Shown: positions 30,565-41,776 of the stretch, in pieces
Layout of the letters: each line of letters starts with the position of its first letter
Position numbering within the stretch: the stretch's first letter is position 1
NCBI GenBank assembly: GCA_964016885.1
Contig: CAXHJY010000741.1
Coordinates: 1 to 54,574, forward strand
Direction: 5' to 3'
Length of the DNA stretch: 54,574 nucleotides
Origin: Eledone cirrhosa
Taxonomy: Eukaryota
Program-made: the position numbers and the translations under genes
Notes under the pieces: generated by a model
What the model saw: only the letters and a program-made list of their open reading frames with translations
What the model was told of the DNA's origin: nothing
Database searches by the model: none

Positions 30565-31719
30565 AATTGTCTTCAAATCCTTGATATGAAGGAGAAAATT
30601 AACGATGTTCACTCACAGTTTAGTCCCTCATATGAATATCAAAAACACAGCGACTGCTATCGTCTTCAGTTAGGGTCATAAAACTATCAAGGCTCTATCT
30701 CACACTGGACATCAATCAAATCTGTAGAATTACAGTGGTCACAGTTAATGTGAGTGGGTACACACGCACTCACACACACCGACGCGAGGTCAAAGAAAAA
30801 ATATAAATATACCAGCATAGTATTCACCGAAAGTTAGTTTACAAAACAACAAATGTTATATTAGTCAAATCTCTATTTGATGTAAATTGGAAAAATTGGG
30901 TCAACCGCAACCCTATACACACGCAAGTAAGTTCAGTTCAATGTTCTGCTATCTGTGTATAGATTGAATTGTAATATCCGTATCTCCAAATAGTGTATGT
31001 TATGGTATATACACATCCGTATCGTACAAAAAAGTGTATATTTAAGTATATACACATCCATGTGAAGAGCAAGTAGTCAGCTCATATCAAACTCAGTATG
31101 TGCCGTTGTCCCATTGAGAATCTGAGTCCCCAAATCTGTGCGTGCCAGCAACCGCTATGTTGGCCACTAAGGGGCTCTGTGCAGGGTTGGGTATTTGGGT
31201 TAAGGTGTCAGTATGTGCGATTTCCAGTCATATGGGGCCTTGGGCTTTTAAGATAGGTGTTTCAGTGGTGGAGGTGTGTTATCCAACACAAAAAAAAAAA
31301 TAACAAAGAATAGCAAAACCCAGAGGATATGTGTAGCCCCATTAATGGTGTGTAAGTATTATTGTCCAATCTGTAACCATGAGCACTCCATGGTTAGATG
31401 ATCACGGATCAAAACCTAGTGTAGTGTTCAATCGATAGGAACGTGACCAGTCATAACTGTGGGAACTCAGTGTCTAAAGAAACCGGGTACTGTGTGTAGA
31501 GTTATGTATAGAGAGTGTAATCGGTCTTAACTGAGTGTGTAATACGTCTAGCTATAACCTAACTGAGAGAACTCAATGGTTAGGGTATCCTAAAGTAATG
31601 GTGAATGTGCGTAATCGGTCTTAACTGAGTGTGTAATCATCCTAACTATTTACTAACTAGGTATTCTAATGTACACTCAGCTTTGAGAACTCGGTGGAAT
31701 AGGAGCACATTTCACACAC

Positions 31720-32180
31720 GTTCCTGCACTTTACAGAATGTACTGGGTGTATTTTATCATGGCAACATCTTTATGGAGGTTGTCTTACCCTTGAAACAAC
31801 TGAAGAATCCTTTCAATTTTTTTTATGACTTGGTACCCTTCCTAACACCAATCTCTTTTCAGAGGTGGCCATTTATGTGACTGAAAAGTCTTTTCAGACC
31901 CTATGGCATGGTTTCTACAGCTGGATGCCCTTTCTAACATCAACCACTTTACAGAGTTTACTGGGTGCATTTTATCATGGCACTAGTCCTGCATGTATAT
32001 ATATACACATTGTATGTATCATCATCATCTTATGTTTATTTTTCTATGCTTGCATGGGTTAGAAGAGTTGACCAAGTCTGGCCAGCTGGCCACGCTGTAA
32101 CTTGCTCAGACGGAACTGTATTTTGGCTGGGAGTTTTAGAGCTGAATGCCCTTCCTAATACCAACCACGTTTACAGTGTG
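31720..32180 (-). mobile_element. Decayed SINE or RTE 3' UTR fragments with a Meta-like domain
   Basis: Diverged copies of TTTCTACAGCTGGATGCCCTTCCTAACACCAACC; CAT tail near 32018-32029. Confidence 0.7.
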
Positions 32181-32509
32181 GTGTATATATGAATATCCAG
32201 TTGACTTTAAAAAAGTGAGACAGTTTTAAAATGTAGTTATCCCAACGTCAGTGTCTATAATAATAGTTGATGAATTCAGGTAAAGTATTCCTGGAGACAG
32301 GGAAAAGAGGATAGAGATACCTATTGTTTATAGTGATTGACTATTACTAATGATTAATGCATTTGTTTGGCATCCGAGAGATGCAGGATTTGATTACACT
32401 TAGATACCTCTATCCACTTTTTTCTCAATTTTCTTAACTATTATTTATATTACTCTAGTCATTCTTGTTGGGCCAACTACATTTCAAATACACACACACG
32501 TCGCCTTTT

Positions 32510-32610
32510 GTTGGGCTTATGATTGTAAGGTGGTGAATTCAATTCCTTGACTAGCTGGTGCATTGTGTCCTTGAGCAAGACATATTTCTCATTGCTCCAG
32601 TTCTCTTATA
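32510..32610 (+). mobile_element. Old tRNA/CORE-like SINE fragment
   Basis: B-box-like GAATTCAATTCC followed by TTGTGTCCTTGAGCAAGACA. Confidence 0.55.
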
Positions 32611-32900
32611 TGGAAAAAAAGGGTTGTGACGAAATTGGTACCAAACTGTATTGGCCTATGCCTTTCCATTGGACACTGCAGATAATAATAGTTTTATTAC
32701 ACAGAAACTACGTAATATGATAGCTGCAGCTTGATAATGTCTGTCTTCCCCAGTTTGTGGTTGGTTTACAAAATTGCAGGTTGGAAGTTGATTTAGCGGG
32801 GGGTTATGAGTGCATGTTTTCTGAGTGTTTTATTTGCAGGAAATTCCATTGATGAATATGAATCTCCAGTAGAATACACTTGTTAGCAATCATTATTACT

Positions 32901-33096
32901 AGGGCGGTGGATTGGCAGTATCGGTAGAGGGTCGGACGCCATGCTTTCCAGCATAGTTACGCCCCTTTACGATCTGAGTTCAAATCCCACCGAGGTTGAC
33001 TTTGCTTTTCATCCTTACGGGGTCGATAAAATAAAGTACCAGTAATACACTGGGATAATTGGTGGCCTTGTGCCAAAAGTAGAAACAATTATTACT
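32901..33096 (+). mobile_element. Full-length tRNA-derived SINE (Deu/Nin-like) with possible 9-bp TSD
   Basis: A-box TGGCAGTATCGG, B-box GAGTTCAAATCC; ATTATTACT at 32892-32900 and 33088-33096; same family as 9200-9377. Confidence 0.88.
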
Positions 33097-33243
33097 TTCA
33101 ATGTTAGGTCATACAATGCAATATAAATAGTGATCTAGATATATAAACACTTGTACTAGCATATACAAATATACAAGCCTAATGTTTTAAAATGAAATCA
33201 TTAATTGTATGGATAAAAAGATTTAAAAAATGTGTGTGTGTGT

Positions 33244-33656
33244 ATATCAATAATATTAATAAATGGAAACTATCTTTATAAAACCATATTTATTTTATTA
33301 TATAGATTTCAAGGGTAACAACATTTTTGGTACCCTCTCATTAGATAAAACACAAAAGTTGTTTTACAGATAGTGACATATTCAAAACTAGAACTATTCA
33401 AACAGAACTCAAAACGCTAAGTTCTAGTTTTGAATATGTCACTATCTGTAAAACAACTTTTGTATTTTATCTGATGAGAGCGTACCAAAAATGTTGGTAC
33501 TCTTGAAATATATATAATAAAATAAATATGGTTTTATAAAGATAGTTTCCATTTATTAATATTATTGATATTATACTCCCGAAGAAAACTGTAGAGTGCT
33601 TCTAATCTGTTATAAACTAAATTTGTTGAATAACCAACAAATTAAATAACTCATTG

Positions 33657-33660
<4 letters not shown>
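33244..33660. mobile_element. Fold-back pLTR-like element: 152-bp inverted repeats, each arm with a hammerhead
   Basis: 33244-33395 versus 33420-33571, 24-nt spacer; the right arm continues to about 33660. Confidence 0.88.
33463..33524 (+). ncRNA. Apparently intact minimal type I hammerhead ribozyme
   Basis: Stem I tattttat/ataaaata (8 bp), CTGATGA, stem II gagcgtacc..ggtactc, GAAA, palindromic stem III TATATA, UA cleavage site. Confidence 0.8.
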
Positions 33661-33717
<57 letters not shown>

Positions 33718-33727
33718 TATAAATTTT

Positions 33728-34168
33728 GAGTATATGTTGGTTGTTTACCAACACCTCAGTATGCAGATTGGAGCACTTGACGAAGTACGCAGGTTGGTTT
33801 GTTTACTCCAGAGTAATGTAAAATAATTATGTCAAATAGGTAAAAATTTGGCTTCGTTGATTATAAATTATAGATATACTGCTATATATATTTTGGTGAC
33901 AAGTACACATGTTGTTATTTGTCTGAGGAACTGGAGTCACATGACTCCAGTTACTCAGAGAAATAACAACGCAACCAGGAGCTGGACATATCAGAGTATT
34001 GATGGAGTAAAACACACTTAAACATGTGTACCTGTCTCTACCACACCAATTCGGACTGCCTGAAGACGTCACAGCCAATGATGGGTGTCACCGAAATATA
34101 TATAGCAGTATATCTATAATTTATAATAAACGAAGCCAAATTTTTACCTATTTGACTTAATTATTTTA
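33728..34168. mobile_element. Second fold-back pLTR-like element: about 83-bp arms, nested 60-nt hairpin, hammerhead
   Basis: 33819-33901 versus 34086-34168; inner hairpin 33911-33970. Confidence 0.82.
34055..34109 (+). ncRNA. Minimal type I hammerhead ribozyme, stem II partly decayed
   Basis: actgc-CTGAAGA-cgtcaca..tgtcacc-GAAA-tatata-TA-gcagt; stem I actgc/gcagt perfect. Confidence 0.72.
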
Positions 34169-34185
34169 TATATATATATATATAT

Positions 34186-34516
34186 ATCATCATCATCATC
34201 ATCATCATTTTACGTCCGCTTTTCCCTGCTTGCAAGGGTGGGACGGGAACTGATTCTGGCTTGATTTCTACAGCTGGACACACTTCCTAACACCAACCTC
34301 ATTTACGGTGAGTGCTGGGTGCTTTTTTTTCCGTGGCGCCTACACGTCCACTTTACAGTGTGGGTTGGGTGCTTTCTTTTTTTTTTTTGCCGTGGCACCT
34401 CCACGACCACTGTGCAGTGGAATGATAGGGACCCCAGTCATCACCCGGCCTGAGAATTGAACTAACAACCTTTCGATTGCAAGCCCAATGCTCTAACCAC
34501 TAAGCCATGTGCCCCT
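34186..34516 (-). mobile_element. Composite tRNA-SINE: tRNA head, body shared with the RTE-C 3' UTR, tail identical to the RTE-A 3' end
   Basis: Minus-strand A-box TGGCTTAGTGG and B-box GTTCAATTC. 34246-34410 matches about 28317-28467. 34188-34247 matches about 2949-3008. Confidence 0.88.
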
Positions 34517-34837
34517 CTCTCTCTCTCTCTACACACACACCTATATATATGTGTGTGTGTATATGTCTGCGCATGCGGGTTGTGTCTTTCTCTGTATTTG
34601 TCTGGACGTGTATCATCTATCTGTGATTGTATATATGTCTGGGCATGTGAGATTTATCTGTTTTGTTTAATAGTTTACACTGGAGGAAGGGCTCATACTC
34701 ATGGCTTTCGCAATCCATCTGAGCCTGTCAATTTCATGGAATAGAGGCCATTGTAGTGGTGGTAGAAAAGGAGGAGGCTGTATGTCTGGACCAGTTAGTG
34801 GTTTTTTTTCTTTGGATGTGATCTATAATGTTGTCCT

Positions 34838-35140
34838 CATCATTTTACATCTATTTTCCATGTTTACCTGTCACATTCTGAGGTTAGACAGGTCAGAAGC
34901 CAGCATCTCACTCATGCGTTCCATTTTTGGTTTGGTTTCTATAGCTGGATGTTCTTCCTAATGCCAACCACTCCATAGCTGTTGCTTTTTATTGTGGCAC
35001 TACCACCTCATAGGGCAGAGTGGGTGCTTTTTTTCTCATAACACCAGCACTACCACTACCACTTTATAGATTGGACTGGGTGCTTTTTATCATGGCACCA
35101 GTACTATCACTTTACAGGGGGAACTGGGTGCATTTATTGT
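34838..35140 (-). mobile_element. Old SINE with Meta-like domain
   Basis: CAT tail remnant; GGTTTCTATAGCTGGATG..TCCTAATGCCAACCAC; repeated GGGTGCTTTTTATCATGGCACCAG modules. Confidence 0.65.
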
Positions 35141-36079
35141 GTTTGTATAAGTATTAGCCTCATCATTACAGATACAGGATCTCACTTGAGGTTTGTAAAA
35201 GGTTGGTAGTTGTTGGTGACAGTGGTGTGCAAAGCTATGGTGATGCCTGAGATTGTGTGCCCCTAAAAACAGGTCCAAGTACTGAGAAATGTGAGCAAAG
35301 AAGACATTTTAAATATGTAAAAATAGATAAAATATGAAATAAACAATTAATATAAAATCAGCCACATTCGTTTTGTCCAAAAATATACATCATATTTCAA
35401 GTTAATAAATTTCTCAGCCTTTTGATCTAGGCACAGATTTTGGATGGGAGCTTGATAAATCTAAGTGGATGTTTTCACCATCTGTCCTGATATGCTTACC
35501 TGTGATCACCACACCCTCTGCTCTCCTCTTTGCATGCCACTGGTTGGTGACTCAAGTATTTTCTGGCCTCGAAGAGGAAGGCCAATCTTTATGGTGCAGT
35601 TTTTATGTTGAAGGATTTGAGATTGCCAGGAGAGATCATTAGCGAAGATGAAACCAAGTATTTGTGGTGACTAAGAATTCTAGATTCTAGTTGTATGTTG
35701 TTCATAAAGAGTATGGGGTCTAATATGGGCTTGTCAGCTGAAGGAGAGGGGACACTTGTTGGTACTGCACCCCCTCAGCACACCACCACCACCATACACA
35801 CACATTTCAACGGTGCCTCCTCAGTTTATAAAATGTCCTGAAATAAGTTCCTTGACGTTTTGACTTTACTGAATTTCTTTCTCAAAACTAAGTACAAAAA
35901 AAAATAATCGAACTAAGAAACTGGTCCAAAAAATCCCTAGGGAATTAGTGCCGACTGAGAGTGCTCTGAAGCCCTCACTAAGCACCAAAGCCTGGTCACA
36001 AGCTTAGTATGATATTGTATTTTTATGTATTTTTATCTATTTGTCCTGTATGTGTGTATATCTGAGTTATACTAAAATG

Positions 36080-36109
36080 TTTAATTACTCTATTCTGTTT
36101 CTATTACAG
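36080..36109 (+). other. Putative splice acceptor ahead of the ZNF coding exon
   Basis: Pyrimidine-rich ctctattctgtttctattacAG ending at 36109. Confidence 0.55.
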
Positions 36110-36297
36110 ATACACCACCATGTGAACCAGGTTTTAAGAAATGTCCAACGTTGACATAGAGTCCCAATACATCTACAGGAGTTGTTCCTATCTCACGTCG
36201 ATTTAGAACTGAACACACCCAAACCGTAAAGCTGGAGAAGTTTCCGTCTGTATCATTGACCCCTTTTCTTTCCACTCCCTCCTTGCCCCAACTAATT

Positions 36298-39200
36298 ATG
36301 GAGACACCCATGGGCAGCGAAAAACTGATGCATGCTGATTTCTATGGTAAACAGTTTTCACCAGCTCCAACTTTGCAGACGCAAAGGATTAGCCACATTT
36401 GTGATAAACTGATACATACTGATATGTACGGGGTCAAAGACTTCCCACAAAGGCATAATCTTTCCATGCAAGGTATTCCTCACATTTTGGACAAACCTCT
36501 CTACCATCCAGAATTCGTGCCAAGGCATCATGGGTTCCAAATGCAAACCATTCCTTCCCATATACCAGATAAGTCGTTCCATCCCAGTATGGTTACTTAT
36601 GCGAAAGAGTTCAGTCCGACACAGAACACTCTACCATCTCCCAAACTGTTAACTCATATGGTTGACAAATCCCCTGTCCATTCAACCAGCCCTCTACAGT
36701 CCAATAAACAGTTTCTAAGCCCCCCACATTCTTCTGTACCGCTGCAGTCTCCTAAAATGCCTACTATGATTGACAAGATATTTCCAGATGGTGGCCTTCT
36801 TGATACTAATGTTGGTGACACCAAACAGTATTCTCCTCACCCTCACAGATTACAGTCACCAATGGAGAAGAGTTACCACAGCAGTGAGTCACATCGGAAC
36901 AGCCCTCTGCCATGTGATAAGCAGCTGTCACATCAACTTGACCTTCAGAGTTCATCGAAGCTGAGTGCAACAATGGGGAAGCAATACTCTGATCCAATGC
37001 TTTACCATAAGTCTTTCTTGACAACAGAGGCAAGCCATCTTTCAGAGACAAGCCGTAACCAATGCCAGGAGAATTGCCATGGTCACACTATTGCTGGGGG
37101 AAGCAACAGCCTGAGCAGTCATGGTTTGCATACTCACAAAACTACATCCAATATGTCTGATAAATCTTACCACCACCAACAACAACAACACCATCATGGC
37201 AGAAGCAGCAGCAACAGCAACAACAGCAGCAGTAGTAGTAACAGTGGTAACAATACTTCATATATTCAATCAGATCATACTAATAATCCCACTACTCCCA
37301 AGCCGCAAGACAAAATCTACTCCCCACATGGCTCAGTTACTATGTCTCCAAAACTTTACTCACCAAACCACCACAGTAATATGCAGCCACAGAAGAACTA
37401 CATTCATAATATCATCACCAGCAGTAGTAGTAGTGGTAGTGGTAGTGGTAATAGCAGTGGTGGTGGTGGTGGCGGTGGTGGTGGTGGCGGTGGTGGTGGT
37501 GGCGATGGTGGTGGTGGTGGTGGTGGTGGTAGGGGTATGAACTGCAGTAATTCTCTGACTCCTCCAACCATTACCTCTCCTAGCAGTGCCAGTGTCCCCA
37601 GCAGCAGTCCAGTCCCTAAACAGATGTCTTTGAGGACTGACAGCATTGTTGCTAAGCAACCATATGAAAGCAGCATCCATGATGAACAACATCAACAAAA
37701 ACATCATCACAAACAACATCAGCACAAACAGCATCAACATAAACAACATCGACATAAGCACCATAGTAAAAATCAACAACAACAACAACAACAGCTTCAT
37801 GTGCAACAGCAGCAACAGCTTCATGTACAACAACAACAACAGCTTCATGCACAACAACAACAACAACAACAACAAATACATGTACAACAACTGCAACAGC
37901 AGCAACAACAGCTTCAGACACAACAGCAAATGCAAGTGCAACAACAACTGCAGATACATCAACAGCAAATTCAAGCACAACAACAACAACAACTGCAGGC
38001 GCAACAGCAACAACAAATTCAAGTACAACAACAACAACAACTCCAAACACAGCAGCAACAACAATTACAACAACAACAATTACAAGCTCAGCAGCAGCAA
38101 ATGCAAGCACAACAACAACAGAGGCAGCTGCAGGTACAACAACAACTTCAAGATGAACAACATTCACCTCAACAACAAACACAAAAATCACATGATCGAC
38201 ACCAACACAAGCATCATCAACAGCAGAAATGCCAGCAAGAACTGCAGCAAGAACAACAGACACAACAGACACAACAGACACAACAGACACAACAGACACA
38301 ACAGACACAACAGACACAACAATACAGCCTACCAAATGAAACCTCAAAATGTTATTCCCAGAATAATGATCCACAAGAACAAATAGAAAACACCAGCCCT
38401 TCAAAACCCTCCCCTCACTTGCACCACCATCACCACCACCACCATCATCAACAGCACCATCACATCCATCACCATCATCATCATCACCATCTTCAAAACC
38501 TATCTACACCCTCCCTCCAGTCAGTAGGAGGAGAGACAAGCATGGATATGAAAGACGTTACGAAAGAAGACCCCTGTGAGAAACCTTTTGACTCTTTAGC
38601 CTGCCATATGGCAAACCCACAGAATTGTCCAGAATCTCTTGAGAAACTTTACAATATGGATAGTGAAGTTAATGAAAAGCCATCGCTGACACTGCTTGAA
38701 GCTACTGACCAAATGTTGATGGTAGATGACAAAAAACCATTGCAGTCCATACTGGATGGTGAACTGGCTGGTACTGACAGGCCATCTTCATCCTCGGTGA
38801 ATGCACAGCGCTATCACTGTGACTTTTGTGGCAAACAATTTGCACAGAAATACGTGCTACAGATGCACCGAAGGACACACACAGGAGAGAAACCGTTTCA
38901 ATGTGATTTCTGCATTCAGCGGTTTGCTCGCAAGGACACATTACAAATTCATCGAAGAATCCACACTGGTGAAACACCATTCCAGTGTGACAAGTGTCCT
39001 AAACAATTTGCACAGGCAGGGAAACTCCAGAAACACAAGAAACGCTGCCATAATGCCCAGGCCAATTCTGGGACAGGTACTACTCAGAAGTCGTTACAAC
39101 CGAGATCGCAGAACCCAAAGAAACGAATTGCTGTAACATGTGATATTTGTTTGAAACAGTTTGCTCATCGAGATTATCTAACCATACATAAAAGATCACA

Positions 39201-39954
39201 TACTGGGGAACGTCCATTCGGGTGTGAATTCTGTCCTCAGAGATTCACTCGTAGAGACATGTTACAAGTACATCGCAGAACCCACACTGGAGAAAAGCCT
39301 TTTGAGTGTCCTATTTGTTTCAAGCGCTTTGCACAGAGGGATAAGCTGCACATACATTCGAGGGTCCATTCAGGGGAAAAACCTTATAAATGTCAGTTGT
39401 GTTCTAAGCAGTTTTCTCAGCGTAATACCCTAGTTGGCCATTTAAGGTCACATTCGGGTGACCGACCGTATCAGTGTGAAGTGTGTTTGCGGAGATTTGC
39501 CCAGAGGGATTACTTACGGGTACATACACGATCCCACACTGGAGAGAAACCTTATGGATGTGATTTCTGCATCCAACGCTTCTCTCGCAGAGACACTTTG
39601 CAAATCCACCGTCGTATTCACACTGGGGAGAAGCCGTTCCGTTGCAACTTCTGCGGCAAAGAGTTTGCTCAGACTGATAAGTTACGACGACACAAACGTA
39701 CACATCCGGAGTTAAAACAAGAGGTCAATGATGGTGGCAACAACAACAACAGCAACATTATAAACAACAACAGCAGCAGCAAAACCAACATTAGTAACAG
39801 TGCAACTGTGGAGAGTGGCAACTTTGATAGTGCTGCAGCTGCAGTAGCTGCAATTACAAGTGGTGTTGACAGTGATGGTAGCAAACCTATGTTGGTACCA
39901 GTTAAAACCATTGATGAATATCTGCCTGTAAATAACTATTTGTGGTTGCTGTAA
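36298..39954 (+). CDS. C2H2 zinc-finger protein (10 fingers, 3+7) with a long low-complexity N-terminus (polyG, polyQ, polyH), about 1218 aa from the first ATG
   Basis: Uninterrupted ORF; in-frame TAG upstream at 36157; first ATG at 36298. Ten CxxC-x12-Hx3-4H fingers at about 38812-39705 with TGEKP-type linkers. Confidence 0.93.
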   Translation: METPMGSEKLMHADFYGKQFSPAPTLQTQRISHICDKLIHTDMYGVKDFPQRHNLSMQGIPHILDKPLYHPEFVPRHHGFQMQTIPSHIPDKSFHPSMVTYAKEFSPTQNTLPSPKLLTHMVDKSPVHSTSPLQSNKQFLSPPHSSVPLQSPKMPTMIDKIFPDGGLLDTNVGDTKQYSPHPHRLQSPMEKSYHSSESHRNSPLPCDKQLSHQLDLQSSSKLSATMGKQYSDPMLYHKSFLTTEASHLSETSRNQCQENCHGHTIAGGSNSLSSHGLHTHKTTSNMSDKSYHHQQQQHHHGRSSSNSNNSSSSSNSGNNTSYIQSDHTNNPTTPKPQDKIYSPHGSVTMSPKLYSPNHHSNMQPQKNYIHNIITSSSSSGSGSGNSSGGGGGGGGGGGGGGGDGGGGGGGGRGMNCSNSLTPPTITSPSSASVPSSSPVPKQMSLRTDSIVAKQPYESSIHDEQHQQKHHHKQHQHKQHQHKQHRHKHHSKNQQQQQQQLHVQQQQQLHVQQQQQLHAQQQQQQQQIHVQQLQQQQQQLQTQQQMQVQQQLQIHQQQIQAQQQQQLQAQQQQQIQVQQQQQLQTQQQQQLQQQQLQAQQQQMQAQQQQRQLQVQQQLQDEQHSPQQQTQKSHDRHQHKHHQQQKCQQELQQEQQTQQTQQTQQTQQTQQTQQTQQYSLPNETSKCYSQNNDPQEQIENTSPSKPSPHLHHHHHHHHHQQHHHIHHHHHHHHLQNLSTPSLQSVGGETSMDMKDVTKEDPCEKPFDSLACHMANPQNCPESLEKLYNMDSEVNEKPSLTLLEATDQMLMVDDKKPLQSILDGELAGTDRPSSSSVNAQRYHCDFCGKQFAQKYVLQMHRRTHTGEKPFQCDFCIQRFARKDTLQIHRRIHTGETPFQCDKCPKQFAQAGKLQKHKKRCHNAQANSGTGTTQKSLQPRSQNPKKRIAVTCDICLKQFAHRDYLTIHKRSHTGERPFGCEFCPQRFTRRDMLQVHRRTHTGEKPFECPICFKRFAQRDKLHIHSRVHSGEKPYKCQLCSKQFSQRNTLVGHLRSHSGDRPYQCEVCLRRFAQRDYLRVHTRSHTGEKPYGCDFCIQRFSRRDTLQIHRRIHTGEKPFRCNFCGKEFAQTDKLRRHKRTHPELKQEVNDGGNNNNSNIINNNSSSKTNISNSATVESGNFDSAAAAVAAITSGVDSDGSKPMLVPVKTIDEYLPVNNYLWLL
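37425..38490 (+). repeat. Coding repeats: GGT (polyG), CAA/CAG (polyQ), 9-bp CAACAGACA (QQT) x7, CAC/CAT (polyH)
   Basis: Directly visible within the ZNF ORF. Confidence 0.93.
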
Positions 39955-39984
39955 AAACAACCATCGGATGTGGACTGCTATTGG

Positions 39985-39990
<6 letters not shown>

Positions 39991-40041
<51 letters not shown>

Positions 40042-40112
40042 ATATATAAACATCTATATATGTGTGTGTGTGTGTGTGTATATATATGTATATATATAAA
40101 CATCTATATATA

Positions 40113-40164
<52 letters not shown>

Positions 40165-40385
40165 TATATATATAAACATCTATATGTGTGTGTATATATA
40201 TAAACATCTATATATGTGTGTGTGTGTATATATATATGTGTGTGTGTGTGTATATATATATGTATGTGTGTGTGTATATATACATATGTGTTTATATATA
40301 TACATATATATATTTTTAATGTACATTTATGTATGTGTATGCACATATATTTATGTATGCATGTATATGTATCTATACATATGTA

Positions 40386-40456
<71 letters not shown>

Positions 40457-40555
40457 ATGCATATATGTTCTCATTTATGTGTATCTATGTATATTTCTGT
40501 GTGTGTTTATATATAAACATATGCATATATATATATATATATATATATACATACA

Positions 40556-40590
<35 letters not shown>
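39991..40590. repeat. Compound (TA)n/(TG)n/(TACA)n repeat in the presumptive 3' UTR
   Basis: Composition; recurring ATAAACATCTATA unit. Confidence 0.9.
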
Positions 40591-41605
40591 TATTGTACAC
40601 ATTGGGCTGCATTGCTATGGTAACTCAGTAATGCTTTCCTACATTAGTGCATTCCTGGGATATAAAATGGTGATATATACATACCTTAAACAACCATAGA
40701 ACTGTTTATTCACTTTAATATTTTCACAAGTGTTTATATAGATATCTATAAAGAATCTTATGCCTAATCTCCTCCTTCTTTTCCTGCCCCCTTTGACCCT
40801 CTTTCATTGTTGTATATATGTATATCAACATTACATATCTTTGTATAAATATCCTTCCTCCCATTTGGTAATTCTGCTTCAAGATGGAACTTATGTTGTG
40901 GTCTTAAGCTGTCTGTTCTCCGCATTCTTCTCCCACATAGTTTTTAACAGAAGGAAGATAACTCAGATTGATTCATTAAAATTTTAATTTCATCTCCACT
41001 TAAACTTATAATAAAATAACACTAAAATAAATAATAATAATTATAATTATAATAATAATAACATTTCTTTATTTACCACAAGGGGTTAAAGAAAAAACAT
41101 TAAAGACTACAAGAGTGGTCATTGAAAATTATGTTCAGTTTATCCATCAGAAATATTGCTGTCCTCAGTGAATTTATCTCATTTTCTTTTATGCATTCTG
41201 TGTTCATTTTCTATATTTTGCTCTAATGTGGGGAAGGGGAGAAAATGTCAATTTTCTTGGGTTGTTGTATCACTACTGAAGATGTATATGTACATAAAGG
41301 CTAAGTGAACCAGCTGGAGTTCATCTTTTTCTGTAATATTCTGTGTTACCAAAATCTCAGGTATGAGTGCAGTTGGTATGAATATGTCTCAATTGATCTG
41401 GCCTACTCTAGTAGTTAAGTCTATCTCTGACAAGTGAAGGTAGAGAGGTGAGTCTGTTTCTTGACTTGTGATGATAGGTCTGTCTAATTTAGTGTTAATG
41501 CTTTTCCTTCAATGGTGGTAGATTTCTTCACAAGGGAATTTGGTCCTTACTGACCTAACTGTTTTAATGAATATGTCATTTATAGCTGGCTTTATACATT
41601 ATTTA

Positions 41606-41776
41606 CTTCAAACTAGATCTATCCTTTACCCATCTCTTAAACCTGAATTTATGCCTTAATAATCTCTTAAAACTGGGTCTATCCCTTCATAGTATCTTAA
41701 ACCTTGGTTTATCCATTACCAGTCCCTTAAACCTGGGTCTACCTCTTACCCTTAAAGCTGGGTATGTCCCTTTCCA
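41606..41776. repeat. Degenerate minisatellite, period about 30 bp
   Basis: About six units resembling CTTAAACCTGGGTCTATCCCTTACCAGTC. Confidence 0.65.

Noticed and set aside
30640-30680. Additional minus-strand CTGAAGA plus small stem as a hammerhead
   Set aside because: No correctly placed GAAA or stem I partner
31517-31637. 27-bp direct repeat GTAATCGGTCTTAACTGAGTGTGTAAT
   Set aside because: Only two copies with nothing interpretable between them
32901-32990. tRNA gene
   Set aside because: A and B boxes are present but there is no cloverleaf, and it continues into a SINE body; the same holds for the heads near 34440-34516 and 53401
36256-36297. ORF-track start at TTG 36256
   Set aside because: A non-ATG start is unlikely in a metazoan; the first in-frame ATG is at 36298
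37121-38404. Overlapping polyV, polyL and polyN ORFs in other frames
   Set aside because: Shadows of the trinucleotide repeats in the ZNF CDS
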